Notes: a model not told the origin generated them from the sequence alone. Numbered from the stretch's first letter, positions 28,530 through 37,656 are shown. The stretch: DNA of 64,000 nucleotides from Candidatus Gastranaerophilales bacterium (GCA_028277625.1 JANQFW010000135.1:9424-73423), one strand, 5' to 3'. Program-made: numbers and translations.

Positions 28530-29060
28530 ATGAATAGAGATCTAATAAAACTTATACTTAATCATCTTTGGGAACATTTTATATTAATATTTACAATTAT
28601 TATACCTATTTGGGTAGCTTGGTATCCTGGAAAATTTGACAAACTTGATTCTAAAATTTACCTGACATTTATAATTATAATTCTTGTAACGCTAGCAGTA
28701 TCGATTAAGTTTAATTATACAATTTATAAACATTTTTCAAAACAAAATAACAGGCTACCCAAACTAATTAATATTAAAGGTGAATATTATATTTTTGAAC
28801 CGTGTGACTTTTTTTCATCACAATCAATAGTAACTTTTCATTTTAAAGGTGATACAGAACAATGTATTGGGATTGGAGATCTAGAAACTGTTATATCTGA
28901 TTCTAAAAAATTACAAGTGCGACTAAAAACTATAATTAATAAATCTTTTGATAAAAGATTTATTGAAAAAAATAAAGGAAAAATTGTTTTAAAACCATCT
29001 GTCCCAAATACTTTACTCGCTTTTTTTAGCCAAATTCAAGAGGAAGCAAGCAATGGATAA
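28530..29060 (+). CDS. hypothetical membrane protein (2 TM plus a C-terminal domain of about 100 aa)
   Basis: 176 aa. Two clear hydrophobic helices (HFILIFTIIIPIWVAWY, IYLTFIIIILVTLAVSI). GGTGA lies 5 nt before the ATG. Overlaps the next gene by 8 nt. No family recognised. Confidence 0.6.
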   Translation: MNRDLIKLILNHLWEHFILIFTIIIPIWVAWYPGKFDKLDSKIYLTFIIIILVTLAVSIKFNYTIYKHFSKQNNRLPKLINIKGEYYIFEPCDFFSSQSIVTFHFKGDTEQCIGIGDLETVISDSKKLQVRLKTIINKSFDKRFIEKNKGKIVLKPSVPNTLLAFFSQIQEEASNG

Positions 29061-29454
29061 AACTAATAAAAATACTAATATCGCTAGAGTTGCAAAAGTA
29101 AATAATGATAAAAATATCGTTATAAATAAAGGATCGAATGCTGGAATAGAAATGGGACAAGTCTTTTTAGTTTATAAAGTTGGAGATGAAGTTTTTGACC
29201 CTGAAACAGAACAAAGCCTTGGATATATTGAAATAGTTAAAGGTAAAGGAACCGTTACTCATTTACAGGACACTATGGCTACCATTACCTCCACAAAGGT
29301 AAAAAAAGAAGACAAAAGAATTATTTATAAAACACCTACATCTTTAGGTTCTCTATTCAGTGCTATGTACGGAGGAAGAGAAGAAATTTTAGAGGATTCT
29401 CAGATATTACCATTTGATGGGCCTGAAGTGGGGGACTTTGCAAAACTAATTTGA
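29053..29454 (+). CDS. hypothetical soluble protein, probably beta-rich
   Basis: 133 aa. Translationally coupled to the previous ORF. Alternating pattern IVINKGSNAGIEMGQVFLVYKVGDEVFDPETEQSLGYIEIVKGKGTV. No family recognised. Confidence 0.6.
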   Translation: MDKTNKNTNIARVAKVNNDKNIVINKGSNAGIEMGQVFLVYKVGDEVFDPETEQSLGYIEIVKGKGTVTHLQDTMATITSTKVKKEDKRIIYKTPTSLGSLFSAMYGGREEILEDSQILPFDGPEVGDFAKLI

Positions 29455-29475
29455 GGTAAATTAAAATAAAACGAG

Positions 29476-29844
29476 TTGCAGAAAATCAGATTAATGATAG
29501 TAAAAGAAAAAATAAAAAAAGAAATATTAAGTATTATCTTTAAACACTTAAACCCTAATAATTGCACTATTTTTTTATTTGGCTCTTATGCCCAAAATAA
29601 AGCAAAACAATCATCTGATATTGACATAGGCTTTGTTTCTACTGAAAAAGTATCTCTCAATAATATTTTAACCATAAAAGAAGAGCTTAATGAAGTGGTT
29701 AATGTATTAAGAGATATTGATTTTGTTGACTTTTCAGCAGATAATCTTGATAAAGATTTTATAAGAATTGCACTGAGGGACATTGAAATATGGCACAAAA
29801 CGAAAGAATCATCAAAAATTTTGAACAATTTGCTAAAGCCCTAG
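29476..29844 (+). CDS. minimal nucleotidyltransferase (MNT, putative type VII antitoxin)
   Basis: 122 aa. LFGSYAQNKAKQSSDIDIGF is the GS-x(n)-DxD Pol-beta-type NTase motif. Confidence 0.85.
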   Translation: MQKIRLMIVKEKIKKEILSIIFKHLNPNNCTIFLFGSYAQNKAKQSSDIDIGFVSTEKVSLNNILTIKEELNEVVNVLRDIDFVDFSADNLDKDFIRIALRDIEIWHKTKESSKILNNLLKP

Positions 29845-30224
29845 ATTCCTTAATTGAAACTGCTCAACAAGAATTAAAAAATTCTGTGCAAAATGATTTG
29901 GCTTTAAAAAAAGCTGTAAGAGCAGGTATAATTCAATGCTTTGAATATACTTTTGAAATGCTCTGGAAGTTGTTAAAAGTTATTGCAGATGAAGAGCTTA
30001 TTACCGCAAATAGCCCTAAAGCTGCCTTTAAAGCAGGCTTTAAATTAGACTTGATACAAGAAAGTGAAGAAGAAATTTTTAATGAAATAATAAAAAAAAG
30101 AAACCTAACGGTTCACACCTATAATGAAGATACAGCTCAGGAGGTTCGGAATTTTATTGTAAACGAAGCTGTAAAAGTATTTATAAACATTAAAAATCGT
30201 ATAAATACATATATTTATGAGTAG
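29790..30224 (+). CDS. HEPN domain protein, HI0074-like (NTase substrate-binding subunit, putative toxin)
   Basis: 144 aa. N-terminus NFEQFAKALDSLIE and an Rx4H motif (RNLTVH) are typical of the HI0074 family. Overlaps the MNT gene by 55 nt. Confidence 0.8.
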   Translation: MAQNERIIKNFEQFAKALDSLIETAQQELKNSVQNDLALKKAVRAGIIQCFEYTFEMLWKLLKVIADEELITANSPKAAFKAGFKLDLIQESEEEIFNEIIKKRNLTVHTYNEDTAQEVRNFIVNEAVKVFINIKNRINTYIYE

Positions 30225-30254
30225 TTTAAGTATTTAGTTAATAATAAATGGAGC

Positions 30255-31265
30255 TTGTATCAGTTGTATAAAATCTTTGGCTTAATTCCAGTCAGTATAG
30301 CAGGATCCCTGATAATTAAAGGTCTTATAAAAGGTCTTGAACAAAACGGCTGCATTATTAAAGAATGCCATATAAATGATTTTAATAAAAATACCATGGC
30401 TGAATTTAAGCCTGATTTTATTATTGGTTATGACTATGCACACTTTATGGACTCCGATGTTGAACAAATAATATCTAAGTCCAACATACCTGTTGTTCAC
30501 TATTTTGCGGATGACCCTATGTCAAAATTTTCGCACGGTGGGAACCATAGCCTTTTTAATAAGCTTTCAGATTCTAATGGAATTGTATGTTGCTGGGACA
30601 AACATTATTTGAATGTTTTTAATAATACCTCTTTCTATTTGCCTATTGGGATAGATACGGATGCTTATAACTGTGATAGCTTGTTAAATGGCCATGATTT
30701 ATCAGACAAAATAGTCTTTGTTGGTAGGCCCTTGACGGAAAAAAGGATTAATTTGTTATGTGATATTATTAAAAGGTTTCCTGAAGATTTATTTATATAT
30801 TGCTATAAACGACACTTTGATAGCAGTTTGGACTATATCAAGCAAAATAATTTATTAGATTATAAATATTTAAATTATTATGAAAATTGCTATAGAGGCT
30901 TTTTGAACAATGAAGTCGAACTCGCAAATGTTTACTCGAAAGCGGCTATTATACTTAATATAACTATGCAACAAGGTGTTAGCAGTATAAACTATAGAGT
31001 ATTTGAAGCATTTGCTTGTGATGGATTTTTGATTAGTGATTATACCAAGGATATTGCCGAATACTTTAATGATGGTGAAGACTTAGTCTTTTATAGCGAT
31101 AAAAATGATTTGTTTAACAAAGTTTTATTTTATTTGAAAAATGAATCGTTAAGAAAAAATATCTCTCGAAATGCTAAAAGTAAATTATTGAAACATCATA
31201 CGGTAAAAGAAAGAGCAAAATATTTGATTCAACAGCTAAAAAAATATATTGAATATGATCTTTAA
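30255..31265 (+). CDS. CgeB-family / group-1-like glycosyltransferase
   Basis: 336 aa, TTG start. The C-terminal part (RVFEAFACDGFLISDY...GEDLVFYSDKNDL...LLKHHTVKERAKYL) resembles the Glyco_trans_1_2 domain of CgeB-like proteins. Confidence 0.6.
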   Translation: MYQLYKIFGLIPVSIAGSLIIKGLIKGLEQNGCIIKECHINDFNKNTMAEFKPDFIIGYDYAHFMDSDVEQIISKSNIPVVHYFADDPMSKFSHGGNHSLFNKLSDSNGIVCCWDKHYLNVFNNTSFYLPIGIDTDAYNCDSLLNGHDLSDKIVFVGRPLTEKRINLLCDIIKRFPEDLFIYCYKRHFDSSLDYIKQNNLLDYKYLNYYENCYRGFLNNEVELANVYSKAAIILNITMQQGVSSINYRVFEAFACDGFLISDYTKDIAEYFNDGEDLVFYSDKNDLFNKVLFYLKNESLRKNISRNAKSKLLKHHTVKERAKYLIQQLKKYIEYDL

Positions 31266-31442
31266 TTTATTTAAAATACTAGCAGTAGTTGGATTTATTT
31301 GGTAAATTTAAAACTATATTGCCCCAAAGGAAATTTGGTGATAGTCATCACCTTTCTTATGTCATCGCTATAAACTTCTGATACAACAGCTTAAGTTTAT
31401 TTGAAAACATCAGAATTCGATAGGCCACTACTAAAAATTTAA

Positions 31443-32645
31443 ATGGAGAAATTTATGCAAACTAAAGTAAATATTGTACCGTCTAAAAAACTACAAGATA
31501 TGCCTACATATATTTTTGCAGAATTGGATGAGTGGAAAGCTGAGGCTAGAAAACAAGGAATTGATCTTATTGATTTGGGCATGGGGAATCCTGATGGGGC
31601 AACTCCTCAACCTATAGTTGATGCAGCCATAAAAAGCATACAAGACCCTCAAAATCATGGATATCCCTGTTTTAAAGGGAAACAATTGTTTAGAAAAGCA
31701 ATAGCTGAATGGTTAAAACAAAAGTTTAATATTGATATTGATCCTACAAATGAAATACAAACTCTATTAGGAGCTAAAGAAGGTTTAGCTCATTTGGCAA
31801 TGGCTTATACAAACCCCGGAGACATTAACATTGTGCCGGATCCTTATTATCCTGTTCACTCCAGAGGTACATGGATATCTAGTGCGGATGTTTATCATTT
31901 GCCTTTGAAGCAAGAAAATGGCTTTTTACCTGACTTAGACGCTATTCCTGAAGAAGTTGCGAAAAAAGCAAAAATCTTTTTTGTGAATTACCCTAATAAT
32001 CCAACTGCGGCAGTCGCAACTAGAGAATTTTATGAAAAATTGGTTGATTACTGTATTAAGTATAATATTTTACTTTGTAGTGACTTAGCTTATTCTGAAA
32101 TATGCTTTGATGGATATAAACCAATAAGTATTTTTGAAATACCGAGAGCTAAAGAGGTTGCTATCGAATTTCATACATTCTCTAAAACCTATAACATGGC
32201 CGGCTGGAGAATTGGTTATGCTGTAGGCAACAAAGAGTTTATTAAAACCCTGTGTGCTATGAAAACTAACATCGACTATGGCACCTGCTCTATTATGCAA
32301 GATGCAGGAATTGCTGCAATTAAGCAAGGAAAGCCATATGTGGAAGAAATTGTTAATAATTATCAGCAAAGACGTGACTTTATGATAGATGGTCTAAACA
32401 AGCTTGGCTGGAATCTTGAAAAAATTAAAGCAACAATGTACATTTGGATACCGGTTCCGGGCGATTATGATTCTAAGACCTTCTGTAAGATGGTACTAGA
32501 CAAGGCTGGCGTTGTTTTAACACCTGGTATTGCTTTTGGTAAATACAGCGACAAATACTTTAGACTTTCTTTGGTTGCTCCTGACGAAAAATTAAAAGAA
32601 GCCCTTGAACGCTTTGAAAAAGCAGGTATAAGATATTCTAATTAA
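31443..32645 (+). CDS. class I/II PLP-dependent aminotransferase (aspartate / LL-DAP aminotransferase-like)
   Basis: 400 aa. LGMGNPD, NYPNNPT and FSKTYNMAGWRIGY (PLP lysine) motifs. Confidence 0.85.
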   Translation: MEKFMQTKVNIVPSKKLQDMPTYIFAELDEWKAEARKQGIDLIDLGMGNPDGATPQPIVDAAIKSIQDPQNHGYPCFKGKQLFRKAIAEWLKQKFNIDIDPTNEIQTLLGAKEGLAHLAMAYTNPGDINIVPDPYYPVHSRGTWISSADVYHLPLKQENGFLPDLDAIPEEVAKKAKIFFVNYPNNPTAAVATREFYEKLVDYCIKYNILLCSDLAYSEICFDGYKPISIFEIPRAKEVAIEFHTFSKTYNMAGWRIGYAVGNKEFIKTLCAMKTNIDYGTCSIMQDAGIAAIKQGKPYVEEIVNNYQQRRDFMIDGLNKLGWNLEKIKATMYIWIPVPGDYDSKTFCKMVLDKAGVVLTPGIAFGKYSDKYFRLSLVAPDEKLKEALERFEKAGIRYSN

Positions 32646-32784
32646 TATTTTGTTTCAAGCTTGAGTTTGAATTTTTAACATAAATAATTGAATCACTCTG
32701 TAGGGTGATTTAATTATAACGAAAACTGATATATATTATAGATAATAATTAAAGTAGGTTAAGCATGAGATGGAGTGATTTACT

Positions 32785-33021
32785 ATGAAAATGAAAAGAC
32801 TTTTAGCCAAGCTTAAAAAAGGAGCAAAAAAAGGTCAAAGTTTGGTTGAATATGGATTAATATTAGCTTTAGTATCAGTGGTTGCTATTGCAGTACTTAA
32901 TACAATGGGACAGCATATCAGAAAAACTGTAGATACCGTCAATGTAGAATTAAAAGGTGCTCAAGAGAAATCTAAAACCACTATAAATCTTGAAGAAGAT
33001 GGTAAACCTAAGACTCCTTAA
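32785..33021 (+). CDS. flp: Flp/Fap family type IVb pilin
   Basis: 78 aa. Basic leader ending KKG, followed by QSLVEYGLILALVSVVAIAVL. This is the G/xxxxEY processing motif plus a hydrophobic helix. Confidence 0.85.
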   Translation: MKMKRLLAKLKKGAKKGQSLVEYGLILALVSVVAIAVLNTMGQHIRKTVDTVNVELKGAQEKSKTTINLEEDGKPKTP

Positions 33022-33033
33022 AAGGGCGTAGGC

Positions 33034-33210
33034 ATGATACAATGGGGCTTAATAGTAGCTCTAATATCAATAGTAGTTATTGGATTATTAAAGTTAACGA
33101 TATCTGAGCATATCAAAAATAACTTTAGCACTATCAATGATGCAATTAACATTGAAAGCAAAATAGAAAACATTGAAGAAGAATCTACACCTGAAGACAA
33201 TGAAGAATAA
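33034..33210 (+). CDS. leaderless Flp-like small protein (58 aa, not in the ORF track)
   Basis: My translation is MIQWGLIVALISIVVIGLLKLTISEHIKNNFSTINDAINIESKIENIEEESTPEDNEE. It is paralogous to the mature part of the upstream Flp and lies in the same frame, 4 codons after its TAA. Confidence 0.5.
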   Translation: MIQWGLIVALISIVVIGLLKLTISEHIKNNFSTINDAINIESKIENIEEESTPEDNEE

Positions 33211-35017
33211 AACTAAAGAAAATTATAAAATAAACATATATCCATTAGACATAACCATTGATAATATACAAGGTGAAAGTTTAATGGATATATTGTTACA
33301 CAACAATATACAACTACCAAATAATTGTGGTGCAAGGGGTTCTTGTAGGAAGTGTGTTGTTAAGCTTATTAATGGCGAATTATCTGAAAAGGCTAAGTGT
33401 GACAAGTACTATCTGGCATGTAAAGCACAAGTGCTTAGTGATGTTGATATTGAACTCATCAAGTATAAATTAATCAATAAAAACAATAGTATAACTAAAA
33501 CTGTACCCTTTAAACTGGAGCAGGACAGCTTTGAGTTTAACCCTATTATTGGAAAAAAAGACTTAATGTTAAGCCAGCCTGATGAGGATGATAAAACATC
33601 TGATCAGGACCGAATTTTATCTATTTTGGGTGATGAATACTCTTTTTCTTTAAGCTTATTAAGGAAATTACCTGATAAATTAAGAGATAATAACTGGCAT
33701 GTTAACGCTATTATTGATCATAACAACAATGAGCTGATTAATATAACAGGTAGTAACTCAAATAAAGTCTATGGGTTAGCTGTTGATATTGGCACTACAA
33801 CTATTAACAGTCTTTTAGTTGATATGCAAAGTGGTGAAATTGTTGATTGTGCATCTTGTTATAATAGCCAGATTGCTTGTGGTACTGATGTTATTAGTAG
33901 GATAGTTTATTCTAAAAAAAATAATGGCTTGGAAAAATTAAATAATTTAGTGATAGATGATTTAAATAATTTAATTAATTCTATTTTAAAAGATAAAAAG
34001 ATTAATAAAAAACAGGTTTATTCGGTTTCTGTTGCGGCTAACACAACTATGATGCATTTATTAGCAAAAGTTAACCCTGAAAGCATTAGGCTTGCACCTT
34101 ATGTACCTGTATTTACTGAGTTCCAAGCTAAAGCCAGCAAGCTAGAGTTAAATGTAAATAAAAACGCTAATCTTATTAGTTTTTCTAATGTTGGCAGTTA
34201 TGTTGGCGGTGATATTGTTTCTGGAATTATGGCTTGTGGCATGTGTAAGGATGAAAAAATAAAGCTATTAATAGATTTGGGAACTAATGGAGAGATTGTA
34301 CTTGGTAACAGTGATTGGCTAATGGCATGTGCATGTAGTGCTGGACCTGCTTTTGAAGGAGCTGGTGTTAAATGCGGTACTAGAGCTATTGATGGTGCTA
34401 TTGAAGGATTTTCTGTAGAGAAAGGTATTAAAACAATTAATAACGCTAAGCCTGTTGGTATCTGTGGTTCTGGGATGATAGAAATTATTAGTGAGTTGTT
34501 TGATGCCGGGGTTTTAGATAGGCAGGGCAAGTTTAGGAATATAAATAACAAGAATATTATTGAAAAAAATAATAAAAAAGCTTATTTGTTATGCGACAAG
34601 GATAATTCTGGTACTGGTGAGCCTATTTTTATAAACGAACAGGATATTGAAAACATCATAAGAACTAAGGGGGCAATATTTTCTGGGGTGCAGTCCCTTA
34701 CTGACTATGCTGGTATTGAATTTAATGATATTGATGAAGTTATAATCGCTGGTGGTTTAGGTGAGAGTATTAATTTTGAAAAGGCTGTTAAACTAGGTCT
34801 TTTTCCTAGTATCGCCAAGGATAAATTTAAGTATTTAGGTAATTTGTCTTTAAAAGGCGCTTATTTACGCTTGATTAACAAAGATTTGCAAACAGATATT
34901 GAGCATATCAAAAAAATTATGAATTATTTTGATATCTCTGAAGATACTGAGTATATGAATAGGTTTATTAGTACTCTATTTATCCCCCATACGGACTTGA
35001 GTTTATTTTCTTTGTAG
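33200..35017 (+). CDS. [2Fe-2S] ferredoxin plus ASKHA ATPase (DUF4445 / RACo-like corrinoid reductive activase)
   Basis: The ORF track starts at the TTG at 33173. I prefer the ATG at 33200 (MKNKTKENYKINIY). N-terminal CGARGSCRKC...LAC 2Fe-2S motif. GLAVDIGTTTI and IDLGTNGEI ASKHA phosphate motifs. Confidence 0.8.
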   Translation: MKNKTKENYKINIYPLDITIDNIQGESLMDILLHNNIQLPNNCGARGSCRKCVVKLINGELSEKAKCDKYYLACKAQVLSDVDIELIKYKLINKNNSITKTVPFKLEQDSFEFNPIIGKKDLMLSQPDEDDKTSDQDRILSILGDEYSFSLSLLRKLPDKLRDNNWHVNAIIDHNNNELINITGSNSNKVYGLAVDIGTTTINSLLVDMQSGEIVDCASCYNSQIACGTDVISRIVYSKKNNGLEKLNNLVIDDLNNLINSILKDKKINKKQVYSVSVAANTTMMHLLAKVNPESIRLAPYVPVFTEFQAKASKLELNVNKNANLISFSNVGSYVGGDIVSGIMACGMCKDEKIKLLIDLGTNGEIVLGNSDWLMACACSAGPAFEGAGVKCGTRAIDGAIEGFSVEKGIKTINNAKPVGICGSGMIEIISELFDAGVLDRQGKFRNINNKNIIEKNNKKAYLLCDKDNSGTGEPIFINEQDIENIIRTKGAIFSGVQSLTDYAGIEFNDIDEVIIAGGLGESINFEKAVKLGLFPSIAKDKFKYLGNLSLKGAYLRLINKDLQTDIEHIKKIMNYFDISEDTEYMNRFISTLFIPHTDLSLFSL

Positions 35018-35019
35018 GT

Positions 35020-35286
35020 TTATTCTTCATCCGCTGGGGTTCCGCATTCTGGGCAAAAATATGATCCGTCATCCTGAAACCAGTCATCATATTTCATTTG
35101 ATAGCCGCAGTCTTCACATTCTGGGGGAAGAGAGTCTGGTAGATCAAAATCTTTCTTTTTGATTAGAACTTCATAGCCTTCAATAGAAGTTGCTTGAATA
35201 TACGGTAGTTTTTCTTTTTTTAAATCTTTAACCATTTCTTTAAACTGCGGTGTTAACTTTTTAACTAGCTCTTGCTGTTTAGCCAT
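35020..35286 (-). CDS. hypothetical protein with C-terminal zinc ribbon
   Basis: 88 aa. CEDCGYQ...FCPECG (CxxC-x17-CxxC). Confidence 0.55.
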   Translation of the reverse strand: MAKQQELVKKLTPQFKEMVKDLKKEKLPYIQATSIEGYEVLIKKKDFDLPDSLPPECEDCGYQMKYDDWFQDDGSYFCPECGTPADEE

Positions 35287-35417
35287 TTATAAATCCTCAT
35301 CCAAATATAACCTTACTAAATTCTTGCTGAAAAGCTTTTCTATTTTTATTTTTATATTTGATATTTTGGGTAAATTCAATCTGCTAGTTGGGAGTTTTTA
35401 GGATATTTATTCATAAT

Positions 35418-36752
35418 TTAATCATCAAACTTCAGGCAACATTTCTTATATTTTTTACCACTGCCACAGTAACAAGGCTCATTTCTACCAGGCCTCTTCT
35501 TTGATTCATCCTCGTTTACATCTTCAATGCATTCTTCAATTTGGCTTTTATAATTTTCTATTTCTTCATCTAACTGAGCTATTTTCTCGATAGATTCTTT
35601 AGCTAGCCTAATTAATTCGTCAGCTGTTTTTGAAGTCATATTAAGCGTATAAAATGAAAATTGCTTCACTTCTGAGTGATATTCAGGCTTCAAGGAGTCA
35701 AGTATCTCTAGAAGACTCGAGTTCTTTATATCAGGAAATTCTTCAAATTCATAATCTTCTGAAACTGTGTAAACTATATGTCTTGTAGTAGTGAGAAATT
35801 TTTCTTTGTCGTCCGATTTTTCATAAAGCTTTAAAATCGATTCCACTGAATATTCAACACGTTCTTCAAAGAAGTATTCAGATAAAATATCTTTCTCTAT
35901 TTCTGTATATACCCAGCTAGAAGTCTTTCGTTCATAGATATTTTTCAGTACATTATAGTGTTTTGCAACATAAAGCCCTTTATCTTTTAATACAAAAACT
36001 AGTGTATGATCCGACTCTTTTGCTAAAGCTGCTTCTTCACTTGGTTGTTCTTGAAGAATCTTTATTGCTTCTTCTTTTTTTTCAGCATAGTTACATTTTA
36101 TAAAATCAACAAAAACATCTACTGCTTCTGAAGCAATATCTTCATCCAATAACACTTCGTCATTGCCAAATATATCTATAAACTCAGAATGTATTTTATC
36201 TAAAAGGTTCTTAACTTCTTCTTCTTTTTTAGGATTATCCTTATACATCGCTTCTGAGTGAGTTGATAATAATTCTTTTACAAATAAAAGGGCTTCTCCC
36301 CTATCTTCAAGCAGATCAACAATGTCTGGGATATAGTAATTATCTTCAAATTTGATTAACTTAGTCATAAAATACTTATTTAAAGAGGGATTTAAGGCTT
36401 TTGGATTAATCAAAATTGCTCTATACTCTTTTTCATTTACAAAATTATAAATGCACAAATCATTTTCATTACTCAAAATCTCGAAAGATGAGCCTGCAGC
36501 ACCCTTAGCTGCTTGAATAAATTCTTTTTCTCTTTGGTCAAAAACATCACTTTCTAAACAAATATCAAGAGGATACTTATAAATTTCTGGAATAAAATTA
36601 TTTAAAAACTCTACTTTCCAATAATTTTTTAACTGCTTGTCTCTTGGCAAGTGTTTGTTTATTTCCTTTTTAAAATTATTTTTTATGGCGAAATCATATA
36701 ATTTATTGAGTGCGTTTATGACAAACTCTTTACTATCTGCGCTGTTATTCAT
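35418..36752 (-). CDS. SEC-C motif protein of unknown function
   Basis: 444 aa, acidic. C-terminal RNEPCYCGSGKKYKKCC is a canonical SEC-C metal-binding motif. Confidence 0.7.
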   Translation of the reverse strand: MNNSADSKEFVINALNKLYDFAIKNNFKKEINKHLPRDKQLKNYWKVEFLNNFIPEIYKYPLDICLESDVFDQREKEFIQAAKGAAGSSFEILSNENDLCIYNFVNEKEYRAILINPKALNPSLNKYFMTKLIKFEDNYYIPDIVDLLEDRGEALLFVKELLSTHSEAMYKDNPKKEEEVKNLLDKIHSEFIDIFGNDEVLLDEDIASEAVDVFVDFIKCNYAEKKEEAIKILQEQPSEEAALAKESDHTLVFVLKDKGLYVAKHYNVLKNIYERKTSSWVYTEIEKDILSEYFFEERVEYSVESILKLYEKSDDKEKFLTTTRHIVYTVSEDYEFEEFPDIKNSSLLEILDSLKPEYHSEVKQFSFYTLNMTSKTADELIRLAKESIEKIAQLDEEIENYKSQIEECIEDVNEDESKKRPGRNEPCYCGSGKKYKKCCLKFDD

Positions 36753-36942
36753 TCTTACTTATTACCTTTTTTATGTAACGTCATCGTATTCATAAAATAT
36801 AACATTTCCAATTTTTTATTGAAATTCTTTTTTACTTTTATACTTAATATTTTTTATAAACTCATTACTCTTTTTGGTATTTGGGTGTAAGTTAGTTCTT
36901 ATGTTACTATATTCATTAAACAGGTAGATTATTAGAGGGGTT

Positions 36943-37656
36943 ATGTTGAATATTTCTAAAGTAAAGCGAAGTGTTAGCCGGTTTCTTAGTAATCGTATTG
37001 TTGAGGGATTTCTTTTAACTCTTATATTATTGAATATCCTGGCTTTTATTTTGGAATCGGATAAATATCTATTTTCGGTTGCCAAAGGCTACTTTTTTTA
37101 CTTTGAAATATTTTCTATATCTGTGTTTACCATTGAGTATCTATTAAGATTATTTACTATAAGAAAGATAGCAAGCTTTTTTAGGCCTCTTTTGCTACTG
37201 GATTTAATAGTAATTTTACCGTTTTATCTGTCTTTTATGACTACAGACTTAAGGTTTTTAAGAGCCTTTAGGATTGTTCGGGTTTTTAGAATCCTAAAAG
37301 TAGCAAGATACGTTACTTCAGTAAGAAAATTATATAAAATATTTGCTTCTAAAAAAGAAGAGTTGCTTATTACGTGTTTATTTTTGATGATATCAGTGAT
37401 TGTGGCGTCTTCGCTGATGTATCTAGTTGAAGGGAATGAGCAAGAAGCTTTTTCAAGCATTCCAAATGCTATGTGGTGGTGCGTTGTAACATTTACTACC
37501 GTGGGCTATGGTGATACTTATCCTGTTACGCCTTTAGGTAAAATACTGGCAGCAATTGTTGCAATTCTTGGTATTGCATTGTACGGCATATTAACAAGCA
37601 TACTTGGCTCAGCGTTTTTAGACGAAATTGAAAAAAACAAGCCAAAAAAGCAATAA
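36943..37656 (+). CDS. voltage-gated-type potassium channel (6TM)
   Basis: 237 aa. S4-like RFLRAFRIVRVFRILKVARY. Selectivity filter TTVGYGD. Confidence 0.88.
   Translation: MLNISKVKRSVSRFLSNRIVEGFLLTLILLNILAFILESDKYLFSVAKGYFFYFEIFSISVFTIEYLLRLFTIRKIASFFRPLLLLDLIVILPFYLSFMTTDLRFLRAFRIVRVFRILKVARYVTSVRKLYKIFASKKEELLITCLFLMISVIVASSLMYLVEGNEQEAFSSIPNAMWWCVVTFTTVGYGDTYPVTPLGKILAAIVAILGIALYGILTSILGSAFLDEIEKNKPKKQ

Noticed and set aside
33018-33200. 60-aa minus-strand ORF between flp and the RACo-like gene.
   Set aside because: The + strand encodes a clear Flp paralogue over the same interval.
36816-37085. 89-aa minus-strand ORF overlapping the K+ channel start.
   Set aside because: It overlaps the 5' end of the channel gene, which has S1-S4 and TTVGYGD. 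The sequence is low-complexity and basic, with no RBS.
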